From: an uncultured Chloroflexia bacterium
GTDB lineage: Bacteria > Chloroflexota > Limnocylindria > Limnocylindrales > CSP1-4
NCBI GenBank assembly: GCA_963725745.1
Contig: CAVRZS010000005.1
Location: forward strand, 25,698-89,697
Length of the DNA stretch: 64,000 nt
Direction of reading: 5' to 3'
Part shown: in pieces, positions 56,272-64,000 of the stretch
Layout: each line of letters opens with the position of its first letter
Position numbering within the stretch: position 1 is the stretch's first letter
Position numbers and translations under genes: made by a program
Notes under the pieces: generated by a model
Databases searched by the model: none
Told to the model about the DNA's origin: nothing
The model's input: only the letters and a program-made list of their open reading frames with translations

Positions 56272-57705
56272 GTGCGCCCCGAGCCGCCGGCCGGCCTCCC
56301 CTCGGCCGGTATCGACGAGGGGACGTGGGCCCGGGCGCACGATGACCTGGTCGAGTTCCTCCGGGACCTGATCCGGATCCCCTCGATCAACCCGCCCGAT
56401 CCCCCGGGCCCCGAGCTCGTGGCGGCCGAGTTCATCGCGAGCGCGCTCCAGGAGGCCGGCCTGGCACCCGAGGTGGTCGAGCCGGCGCCCGGCCGCGGCA
56501 GCGTCGTCGCGCGGCTCCGCGGCGACGGCACGGGCGGCGAGCCGCTGCTCCTCCTGTCGCATCTCGACGTCGTCCCGGCCGTGGCCGAGGGCTGGACCCA
56601 CCGGCCGTTCTCGGGCGATCTCGCCGACGGCTACGTGTGGGGCCGCGGCGCGGTCGACATGAAGGCGATGGTCGCGCTCGAGGTCGGGGTGCTCCGGCTG
56701 CTCGCCGCGCGGGCGCTCGCCGCGGGGCTCGACCCGGCCGTCGACGCCGTGCCGGGCCTCCGTCGTGACGTCCTGTTCGCGTGCACGGCCGACGAGGAGG
56801 CCGGCGGCTGGAACGGCGCCGGCTGGCTGGTGGACAACCGGCCCGAGACGATCCGCGCCGCCGGCGCGCTCAACGAGGCCGGTGGCATCCCGATCGAGAT
56901 CGGCGGGCGCCGGTTCTATGCGATCGGGGTCGCCGAGAAGGGCTACGAGGTCTACCGGATCCGGGTGCACGGCACGTGGGCCCACGGCTCGATGCCCCGC
57001 GCCGACAACGCGATCGTGCTCGCCGCGGAGATCGTGGGCCGCATCGCCGTCAAGGGCGAGCCCCGTCCGACGCCCGTCGTCCGACGGCTGCTCGCGGAGG
57101 TCGGCGCGGCCCTCGACCCGGACGGGGCGAGGCTCCTGGACGCGATCCTCGACGACGACCCGCGCCGCTCCGACGCCGCCATCCGCGCCGCGTGCGAGCC
57201 GGTCTACGCGCTGGCCCTGAGCGCGCTCCTGCGGGACACGTTCAGCCCCACCATCTTCAACGCCGGCATCAAGTACAACGTCATCCCCGGCGAGGCCGTG
57301 ATCGAGGTAGACGTGCGCAAGCTGCCGGGCACCACCGAGGGCGACGTCCGCGAGGAGCTCATGGCCCGGATCGGGGACCTGGCGCCCCGGTGCGAGATCG
57401 AGCACGTCATCGGCGCCGTGCCCGTCGAGGCGCCGGCCGAGGGCGCGCTCTACGAGGCGATGACCGCGGCGATCCGCGCCCACGACCCCGAGGGCATCCC
57501 GGTCCCCGTCATCGCGCCCTTCGCGTCCGATGCCAAGCACACGCTCCGGCTCCGCGTGCCGACCTACGGCTTCTCGCCCCTCCGGCTCGCCCCCGGCGAG
57601 CGATTCCTCGACCGGTTCCACGCGGTCGACGAGCGGGTGGGCGTGGAGGCGCTCCGGTGGGGCCTGCCCGTGCTGTACGACGTGGTGGCTGGCTACTGCG
57701 GCTGA
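56272..57705 (+). CDS. M20 family metallopeptidase (dipeptidase/deacylase-like)
   Basis: LIRIPSINPP, LLLLSHLDVVPA, GRGAVDMKA and ADEEAGG metal-ligand motifs. Confidence 0.85.
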   Translation: MRPEPPAGLPSAGIDEGTWARAHDDLVEFLRDLIRIPSINPPDPPGPELVAAEFIASALQEAGLAPEVVEPAPGRGSVVARLRGDGTGGEPLLLLSHLDVVPAVAEGWTHRPFSGDLADGYVWGRGAVDMKAMVALEVGVLRLLAARALAAGLDPAVDAVPGLRRDVLFACTADEEAGGWNGAGWLVDNRPETIRAAGALNEAGGIPIEIGGRRFYAIGVAEKGYEVYRIRVHGTWAHGSMPRADNAIVLAAEIVGRIAVKGEPRPTPVVRRLLAEVGAALDPDGARLLDAILDDDPRRSDAAIRAACEPVYALALSALLRDTFSPTIFNAGIKYNVIPGEAVIEVDVRKLPGTTEGDVREELMARIGDLAPRCEIEHVIGAVPVEAPAEGALYEAMTAAIRAHDPEGIPVPVIAPFASDAKHTLRLRVPTYGFSPLRLAPGERFLDRFHAVDERVGVEALRWGLPVLYDVVAGYCG

Positions 57706-57719
57706 CGTGCCGCACCCGG

Positions 57720-57941
57720 TCACCGCTGGTCGCCGGCCTCATCGCCATCGGAGCTCGGACCGAGGGTCACCGTCTCATCGCAGCGCGAGCAGCGGAACAC
57801 GAGGCGCTTGGCCCAGGAACGTTCCACGTCGTGGTCGGCGGCGTCGTGGTGGCTGGCGTCCGCAGTCATCTCGGACCAGGTGCCGTCTCCGTGACGGTGC
57901 TGGACTCGGTACTGGAGTTCGTAGGAGCGGAGCGGGTCCAT
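57720..57941 (-). CDS. Hypothetical small protein
   Basis: 73 aa with a non-junk composition (YELQYRVQHRHGDGTWSEM..RLVFRCSRCDETV). Convergent with the M20 gene. No motif recognised. Confidence 0.4.
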   Translation of the reverse strand: MDPLRSYELQYRVQHRHGDGTWSEMTADASHHDAADHDVERSWAKRLVFRCSRCDETVTLGPSSDGDEAGDQR

Positions 57942-58002
57942 CGAGCTACCTCGTCGCTTGCACGGTCGGTGCGATTGTGGCGCGCCGCGTGTCCCGATGT
58001 CG

Positions 58003-58740
58003 CTAGGTCGCCGCAGCCGTGTCGCCCGGTGCTCGCAGCCAGGCGAGCACGGCCAGCACCCGTCGGTGATCCTCGGCGGCCGGCTCCAGGCCGAGCTTGG
58101 AGAAGATCGCGCGGACGTGTCCTTCCACCGTCTTGACCTCGAGACCCAGCCGCTCGGCGATCGCCTGGTTCGATCGACCCTCGGCCATCAGCGCGAGGAT
58201 CTCGCGCTCCCGCGGCGTCAAATCGTCGAGGGCCGACCGGCCCCGGGGACGGCCCAGCAGGCGGCCGACCACCTCCGGGTCGATGACTGACCCGCCGGCG
58301 CCGACGGTCCGGACGGCCGCGGCCAGGTCCTCGACGCGCGTCACCCGGTCCTTGAGCAGGTACCCGATCCCGGACGGGTCGTCGCGCAGGAGGTCGATCG
58401 CGTGGCGCGTCTCGACATACTGCGACAGGACCAGGATCGACGTGCGGGGCCAGCGGGCACGGATCGCTCGAGCGGCCTCCAGGCCCTCGGTGGTGTGCGT
58501 GGGCGGCATCCGGACATCGAGCACGACGACATCCGGTCGTCGATCCGCCACCAGGATCAGCAGCCGGTCCGCGTCGGCCGCCTGCCCCACGACGTCGAAG
58601 CCCGCGGACGCCAGCGCGGACGCCAGTGCCTCCCGCAGGAGATCGGCGTCGTCGGCGAGGACGACGCGGAGCGGCTGGTGACGCACACCGCGCGGGTCCG
58701 CCGGTTCAGGCTCATGGCTCGGCACGCGTGCATGGTGCAT
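58003..58740 (-). CDS. NarL/FixJ (LuxR-type) response regulator
   Basis: REC domain (RVVLADDADLL..DVVVLDVRMP..LVLSQ) plus an HTH_LuxR domain (LTPREREILALMAEGRSNQAIAERL.L..KTVE.HV..I..KL). The start may be the internal GTG at 58686. Confidence 0.85.
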   Translation of the reverse strand: MHHARVPSHEPEPADPRGVRHQPLRVVLADDADLLREALASALASAGFDVVGQAADADRLLILVADRRPDVVVLDVRMPPTHTTEGLEAARAIRARWPRTSILVLSQYVETRHAIDLLRDDPSGIGYLLKDRVTRVEDLAAAVRTVGAGGSVIDPEVVGRLLGRPRGRSALDDLTPREREILALMAEGRSNQAIAERLGLEVKTVEGHVRAIFSKLGLEPAAEDHRRVLAVLAWLRAPGDTAAAT

Positions 58741-58864
58741 CGGGCGCGACGCCGGGTACAGGTGCAGACCCTCGAATCTCGCGGATTCCGTTCGCGTGCG
58801 GCCACGGACGCCGCAGGCGGACCGAGCGCCGATCGTGATGGCACCAGGACGGGAGGTGATCGAG

Positions 58865-59047
58865 ATGACGACGCGACGGTTTGACGTGGTGGCAACGATG
58901 CTGGCGCTGGCAGCGGTGGAGATCCTGCTGTTCGCCGCCGTGGTGATGACGGCGATCGGCCCGCTGGCCGGAGCTGCTTCGGGGACCGACGCGGGGTCGC
59001 CAGCCCCGGAAGCGCCCCTGCCGACCCAGTCGTCCGCGATCGAATGA
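58865..59047 (+). CDS. Possible 60-aa single-TM protein
   Basis: The ATG follows GGGAGGTG by 6 nt. MTTRRFDVVATMLALAAVEILLFAAVVMTAIGPLAGA.. forms one TM helix. First gene of the plus-strand sensor operon. Confidence 0.4.
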   Translation: MTTRRFDVVATMLALAAVEILLFAAVVMTAIGPLAGAASGTDAGSPAPEAPLPTQSSAIE

Positions 59048-59137
59048 GCGAGCGTACGATGCCCCAGGGTTGGTGTGCGGTGGCGGAGTTGCGCTGCCGT
59101 GGCTGAGGGTCCGAATCAGGCGGACAACGGAGGCGCG

Positions 59138-61091
59138 ATGGTGGAGCGCCATACGACCCGGCGGTCCGCGCGTCGATGGGCATGGATCGCCGTCGGGTTC
59201 GGCGTCTGGGTCATCGGCGGCACCTTCCTCGTCGTCCGTGCACTGACACGCGGCGATGCGACCGACGTCGGCATCTCGCCCTACCACGCCGTCGCCTATG
59301 CGGGCCTCCTCTTCCTCGCCCTGCTGACGGTCGCCCGCGGCCTGATCGCGGTCCGTCGGGGTCACTCGTGGACCGCGGCGTATCCGCCGGGCTTCGGGGC
59401 ACTCGGCGCAGGGGCCGGGGTACTCCTCGCGTACGTCGTCGCCGACGTCGCGTGGCGCGAGGGCGTGGGCATCGGCCCGGGGATCGAGGGGGGCTTCGCG
59501 CCCAGCCGCGTCCTGCTCGCGGTCGGCCTGGTGCTCGTTGGCGGCACCGCCCTGCGCGCGGCGATCGCCCTCGGTGACCCGCGATTGCGCTGGCCCGCCG
59601 CGATCTCGGCGGGCCTGGTGATGGCAGCCCTCGCGTCGCCGGGCGGGCTCCACCCAGCGCTCAGTCCCTGGATCGAGCGGCCGTCCACCCTCGAGCCACA
59701 GGCCGAGGTCTGGGTCATGGACGCCGACGGGCGGCGCCAGACGCGCCTGATCGAGCCGGACGAGGGTACGGGACTCGGCAACCCGGTCTGGTCTCCGGAT
59801 GGCTCCCGCATCGCCTACGTCCGCTTCTCGGGGCTCGGCGCCGGGTCGCCGACCCGCGAGGCCGACATCTGGGTCGCCGACGCCGACGGCGGGAACGCGC
59901 GAGTGCTGGTGGGGGATCCCGGCTGGCAGTGGTTCCCGCGCTGGTCGCCTGACGGCGCGTGGATCGCCTACACCCAGGAAGCATCGGGTGGCCCGTGGAT
60001 GAACTCCGGACCCGTCGGGCCGGTCCCCGGTCAGGGGCCGCAGGGGCCGGACTTCGCGGCGACCGGCGAGGCCGCTCGACCCGAGGCGGACCTGTGGCGG
60101 ATCCGGTCCGACGGCGTCGGCCCTGCCGTGCGGCTGACCGACGCGCCGGGCGACGACCGATCCGCGACCTGGTCGCCGGACGGCCGGCGGCTCGCGTTCG
60201 ACTCGACCCGCGACGGCCACACGCAGCTGTACGCGATCAACGCCGATGGCTCGGACCCGGTCCACATCGCGGAAATCGAGCGGCGAGGACTGGGCCGCGT
60301 CGTGGTCCCCCGATGGACGCAACGTCGCATTCACTTCCGATCGCAGCGGCGGTGCCCAGGTCTGGGTCGTCGATCCTGACGGGGGGCAGCCGCGCCCGCT
60401 GACCGATGACACGACGGGCAACCTGTGGCCGGCGTGGTCGCCCGATGGCTCGCGGATCGCATTCACGACGTGGCGCACCGGTACCTCGCAGGTCTGGGAC
60501 ATGGCCGCCGACGGCAGCGATCCACGCCCGCTGGGCAGGAGCCCCGAGACGACGGATTCCGTCTGGGACGGGTCGTGGGGAGCCGATGGCCGGATCGCGT
60601 TCATGCGCACGCCCCAACCTGCTGCGACGGCGCAGCCGATCGCCCGGGAGGACCTCGGGGTAGCCTCGATGCTGATTGCGATCGGCGTCCTGTCGCTGGT
60701 GTTCGTGCTGCTCACCCGGACCGCTCCCCCGTTCGGCGCCTTCGCCGTCGCCCTCGGCGCGGCGACGGCGCTGATCGCCATCCAGGGGGACGGCTGGCGG
60801 TTCGTCCCGGGCGCCATCGCAGCCGGGCTCGCTGCCGACCTGTGTACCCGGTTCGCATCGAGAGAGCGAGCCCCCGTGGCCGCGGCGGCGGCGTCGGCCG
60901 GCCTGGTCGTCGCGGCGGGCCTCGTCGCGATCGCGAGTGGCGGTCTCGGCTGGACGGCGACGCTGTGGCTCGGCGTCGCGGTCGCGGCGGGCGTCGCCGG
61001 GTGGGTCATCGCCTGGATCGCGTCGACGGCCGGCGCGTCGGGCGCGCCGAGCGTCCCTGCGACGTCCACGCCGGTCGATGACAGCACCTGA
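59138..61091 (+). pseudogene. TolB-like (PD40 beta-propeller) protein flanked by N- and C-terminal multi-TM bundles; one frame break as assembled
   Basis: The ATG follows ACGGAGG by 4 nt. About 5 TM helices, then six (W)SPDG-type blades (PVWSPDGSRIAYV, PRWSPDGAWIAYT, ATWSPDGRRLAFDS, ASWSPDGRNVAFTS, PAWSPDGSRIAFTT, GSWGADGRIAFM), then about 5 TM helices. Extra A in the AAA run at 60273-60275 splits the frames. Confidence 0.75.
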
Positions 61092-62850
61092 CCGTCGCGG
61101 GCGCACCGAGCGGGCGGCGGCCTTGGGGATCGTGGCCATCGCCCTCACGGCGCTCCAGCAGTTCGGACCGCTGCTGTGGCCGTACGGGCTCGGCCCGTGG
61201 TGGTCGCCGGCAATCCAGGCGTGGATGCTCGCGATCGACCTGCTGTGGGTCGCCGCGATGGTCGTCGCCTACCTGCGTGATCCCTCCGGTCCGCTGTGGA
61301 AGCTCCTGTTCGCGTACCGCCTCGTCGCGACCGTTGGCATTCTGTGGGTCTTCCCCACCTCCCTGACCTGGACGCTCAGCAACTTCATCGTCGGGCTCGC
61401 CGGCGTCGTGTTCGTGCACCTCGTCCTCGCGTTCCCGAGCGGGTACCTCGACGACCGCTTCGACCGGCGATTCGTGCTCACTGCGTACGCGTGGCTCGGC
61501 GTGACCCGCGTCGCCTGGCTGCTCGTCTGGCAGCCCCCGTCGACGGGAATCGGGTTCTCGCCGCGCAATCCGTTCGTGCTGCTGCCGCAACCGACGCTGG
61601 CGTGGCTGTTCGGGCCCTTCGCGCTGGTCGTCCTGGCGGCGGGCCTGTTCGCGGGGGTCGCGGTCGGCCTCGCCCGGCACTGGCGACGGGCCGGTCCCGT
61701 CGAGCGCCGCGCCCTCCTGCCGGTGGCCTTCGCCGCGCCGGTACAGCTGTCGCTGCTGGTCGGCTGGCAGCTGGCCGGCGCGAACCCATCGGAATGGGGC
61801 GCGTTGCGCGACGCGCTGCAGTCGCCCGTGCTCGCCGTCGCCGGACTGCTGTTCCCCGCGGCCTACCTGCTCGGGCTCGTGCGCGCCCGGCTCGCCAGGG
61901 CGGGCGTGGCGGACCTCGCCGTCGAGCTCGGCCGCGGGATCCCCCTCGGCGGGCTGGAGGCCGCGCTCTCGCGAGCGCTCGGCGACCCATCGCTCGTCCT
62001 CGCGTTTCCCGCCCCGTCATCCGACGGGCTCGTGCGAGCCAACGGGCAGCCGTTCGACCCGCCGCGGCTGGCCGCCCGGCGGGCGACGAACCGGCTCGAA
62101 CGCGACGGCGAGCTCCTCGCCGTGCTCGAATACGACCCTGCCGTTGAGCGGGAAGATCCCGGCCGGGTCGACGCAGTCGGGTCGGTGGCACGGCTCGCGC
62201 TGGCCAACGAGCGACTGGCGGCCCAGGTCCGGGCACAGCTCACGGAGGTCCGTGCGTCGCGGCTGCGCATCGTCGAGGCCGGCGACGCCGAGCGGCTGCG
62301 GATCGAGCGGGATCTCCACGATGGCGCCCAGCAGCGCCTGGTCGCGCTCGCCATCCGGCTGGACCAGGCCAAGGGGCGGAGCGACGATCAGGATGCCCTG
62401 ATCGAGATGGCGCGGGGCGAGCTGCTGGCGGCGATCTCGGACGTCCGCGACCTCGCGCGGGGCATCCGGCCGCCCATCCTGCGCGAGGCGGGGCTCGGCG
62501 CGGCGATCGAGGCCCTCGCCGAGCGGACGCCGTTCCCGATCGAGATCGAGGCGACGCCGGAACGCTTCGCGCCTGAGGTCGAGGCGACGGCCTACTTCGT
62601 CGTCGCCGAGAGCCTCACCAACATCGCCCGCTACGCCAAGGCGAGCTGCGCGAAGGTGGCGGTGCAGGCCGACGACCGGCAGCTGGAGGTTCGGGTGTCC
62701 GATGACGGCCGGGGCGGCGCGGACCCGGCGACCGGGAGCGGCTTGCGCGGGCTCGCGGACCGGTTGGAGGCGCTCGGCGGGGCGCTGACCGTGACCAGCC
62801 CGCCGGGCGGCGGGACGACGATCGTCGCCCGCCTGCCGACGTCCGCCTGA
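61078..62850 (+). CDS. Sensor histidine kinase, HisKA_3/NarX-type, with a polytopic N-terminal membrane domain
   Basis: About 8 TM helices, an H-box (IERDLHDGAQQRL), an N-box (VVAESLTNIARYA) and G-boxes (DDGRGG, GSGLRGLADR). The start overlaps the upstream gene end by 14 nt. Confidence 0.85.
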   Translation: MTAPDRRGRTERAAALGIVAIALTALQQFGPLLWPYGLGPWWSPAIQAWMLAIDLLWVAAMVVAYLRDPSGPLWKLLFAYRLVATVGILWVFPTSLTWTLSNFIVGLAGVVFVHLVLAFPSGYLDDRFDRRFVLTAYAWLGVTRVAWLLVWQPPSTGIGFSPRNPFVLLPQPTLAWLFGPFALVVLAAGLFAGVAVGLARHWRRAGPVERRALLPVAFAAPVQLSLLVGWQLAGANPSEWGALRDALQSPVLAVAGLLFPAAYLLGLVRARLARAGVADLAVELGRGIPLGGLEAALSRALGDPSLVLAFPAPSSDGLVRANGQPFDPPRLAARRATNRLERDGELLAVLEYDPAVEREDPGRVDAVGSVARLALANERLAAQVRAQLTEVRASRLRIVEAGDAERLRIERDLHDGAQQRLVALAIRLDQAKGRSDDQDALIEMARGELLAAISDVRDLARGIRPPILREAGLGAAIEALAERTPFPIEIEATPERFAPEVEATAYFVVAESLTNIARYAKASCAKVAVQADDRQLEVRVSDDGRGGADPATGSGLRGLADRLEALGGALTVTSPPGGGTTIVARLPTSA

Positions 62851-62859
62851 TGGACCGCC

Positions 62860-63516
62860 TCAGCCGCCGCCGCGGACCAGGCGCCCGCGCCGGCTGATCG
62901 CATGGGTCGCGAGGGCCGCGACCCCCATCGCGATCAGCGCCCGCTCGCCGCGCGGCATCGGGCGCACGGCGGCCAGGAACTGCTCCGCGCGAGCGCGGTC
63001 GACCATCCGCAGCACGGCCTTGCCGCGCTGGGTGAGCCACACGGTGCGCAGGCGCCCGTCGTCGTCCTCCCGCCGCCGTTCGACGAGGCGCCGCTTGACG
63101 AGCCCGTCGACCAGCCGCGAGGTCGCCGACGGCGAGCGGCCGATGGCGTCCGCCAGGTCGGCGACCGTGGTCGTCGACCCCTCCGCGAGGACGTACAGCG
63201 CCGCCAGCTGCGTGAAGCCGAGGTTGAGCTCGCCGAGCTGCGACGCGAACCCGACGACCAGCTCCCGCCACAGCGCACGGCCCATCGCGACGCGCTCCGA
63301 GATCTGGCGGACGTTCTGGATCCGCGTGCCGGCCGCGACGACGGGCGCTGACAGGTCTGCCTCGAACATGCGCGCGATGACCCGGCTCTGGGCGGGACCG
63401 CGGCGGGGTCCACGGACGAGCGCCGCGGGCAGGGCCGGCCCGGCGGCCGGGTCCGATGGACGGGTCCGGCGGGGCTTGGCGGGCGGGGTTGGGACGGGCT
63501 GTTCGACGTCGGTCAC
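62860..63516 (-). CDS. MarR family transcriptional regulator with a Pro/Arg-rich N-terminal extension
   Basis: The GTG follows GGTGAGGA by 7 nt. Winged-HTH core (LGFTQLAALYVLAEGSTTTVADLADAIGRSPSATSRLVDGLVKRRLVERRREDDDGR). Divergent from fabD. Confidence 0.8.
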   Translation of the reverse strand: MTDVEQPVPTPPAKPRRTRPSDPAAGPALPAALVRGPRRGPAQSRVIARMFEADLSAPVVAAGTRIQNVRQISERVAMGRALWRELVVGFASQLGELNLGFTQLAALYVLAEGSTTTVADLADAIGRSPSATSRLVDGLVKRRLVERRREDDDGRLRTVWLTQRGKAVLRMVDRARAEQFLAAVRPMPRGERALIAMGVAALATHAISRRGRLVRGGG

Positions 63517-63619
63517 GGGCAGATCCTCACCCGGCCGAGCGTAGGACCGCCCGTCGATTCCTGCAACCGTGCACGGATTCGTCCACCGCGCGGGCCGTCC
63601 ACCCGTACGCTTGTGCGAG

Positions 63620-64000
63620 ATGAGCCAGATCGCTTTCGTGTTCCCCGGGCAGGGCAGCCAGGCCGTCGGGATGGCCAAGGCCCTCGCCGAGTCGTCGCCC
63701 GCCGCCGCAGCCGTGTTCGACGTGGCCGATGCCGCCCTCGGCGAGCCCATCAGCCGCCTTGCGTGGGAGGGACCCGAGGACGAGCTCAATCGGACCGAGA
63801 ATGCCCAGCCCGCGTTGCTGGCCGCCTCGATCGCCTATCTCGAGGCCCTTCGTGCCCGGTGGGCCGAGCTCGGCATCGACGCCCCCGACCCGATCTTCGC
63901 AGCCGGCCACTCGATGGGCCAGTACTCGGCGCTCGTCGCGGCGGGTGCCCTCGACCTCGCCGACGCGGTGCGCCTGGTCCGCCGCCGCGGCGAGCTGATG
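63620..64000 (+). CDS. fabD: Malonyl-CoA:ACP transacylase, 3' end cut by window edge
   Basis: Manual translation gives MSQIAFVFPGQGSQAVGM..NRTENAQPALLAASIAY..AAGHSMGQYSAL (GHSxG active site). Open to the window end, so it is absent from the ORF track. Confidence 0.85.
   Translation, partial: MSQIAFVFPGQGSQAVGMAKALAESSPAAAAVFDVADAALGEPISRLAWEGPEDELNRTENAQPALLAASIAYLEALRARWAELGIDAPDPIFAAGHSMGQYSALVAAGALDLADAVRLVRRRGELM

Noticed and set aside
58712-61087. 791-aa minus-strand ORF
   Set aside because: It is antisense to the small TM gene and the TolB-like propeller gene. The plus strand shows six WSPDG blades and TM helices, while the minus-strand product is R/P/G-rich junk.

Overview
Very GC-rich, actinobacterium-like chromosomal segment (roughly 70%+ GC by eye), densely coding, with many ATGA/GTGA start-stop overlaps. 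Layout: (1) 1-16.4 kb is a surface-polysaccharide locus. It holds UXS- and GME-type sugar-nucleotide enzymes, GT26 and GT2 transferases, a Wzy/O-antigen-ligase-like protein, a Wzc tyrosine autokinase, rfbF, an RmlC-like cupin, a SAF-domain oxidoreductase, a PIG-L deacetylase and two paralogous right-handed beta-helix proteins. (2) 16.46-20.1 kb carries a 499-bp near-perfect direct repeat, which is the 3' end of a TPP-enzyme gene. It brackets a 2.65-kb lower-GC insertion encoding one secreted Ig-like-repeat protein. (3) 19.6-27.1 kb is a minus-strand operon of unknown pathway: ALDH, methyltransferase, acyl-CoA dehydrogenase, ADP-forming CoA ligase, TPP enzyme. (4) 27.8-39.4 kb holds DUF853, pheA, a stand-alone LeuA-regulatory-domain gene, cimA, leuB, leuA, ilvC, ilvN and ilvB, with a candidate attenuator leader upstream of ilvB. 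(5) 40-64 kb holds DUF5317 plus a GGDEF/EAL protein, leuCD, a lipoprotein, a MarP-like protease, DUF885, an MFS-cNMP fusion, ilvD, an LLM oxidoreductase, a GNAT, a DHOD-like enzyme, an M20 peptidase, a NarL-type two-component locus with an embedded TM-flanked TolB-like propeller, MarR and the fabD 5' end. No rRNA, tRNA, CRISPR array, transposase or integrase was recognised. At least 8 reading-frame breaks are present, 6 of them clustered in 28.8-36.5 kb, plus an apparently missing ilvC stop. Most look like single-base insertions, several of them in short homopolymers, so assembly error is suspected. All product calls come from motif and architecture recognition by eye; no database search was run.
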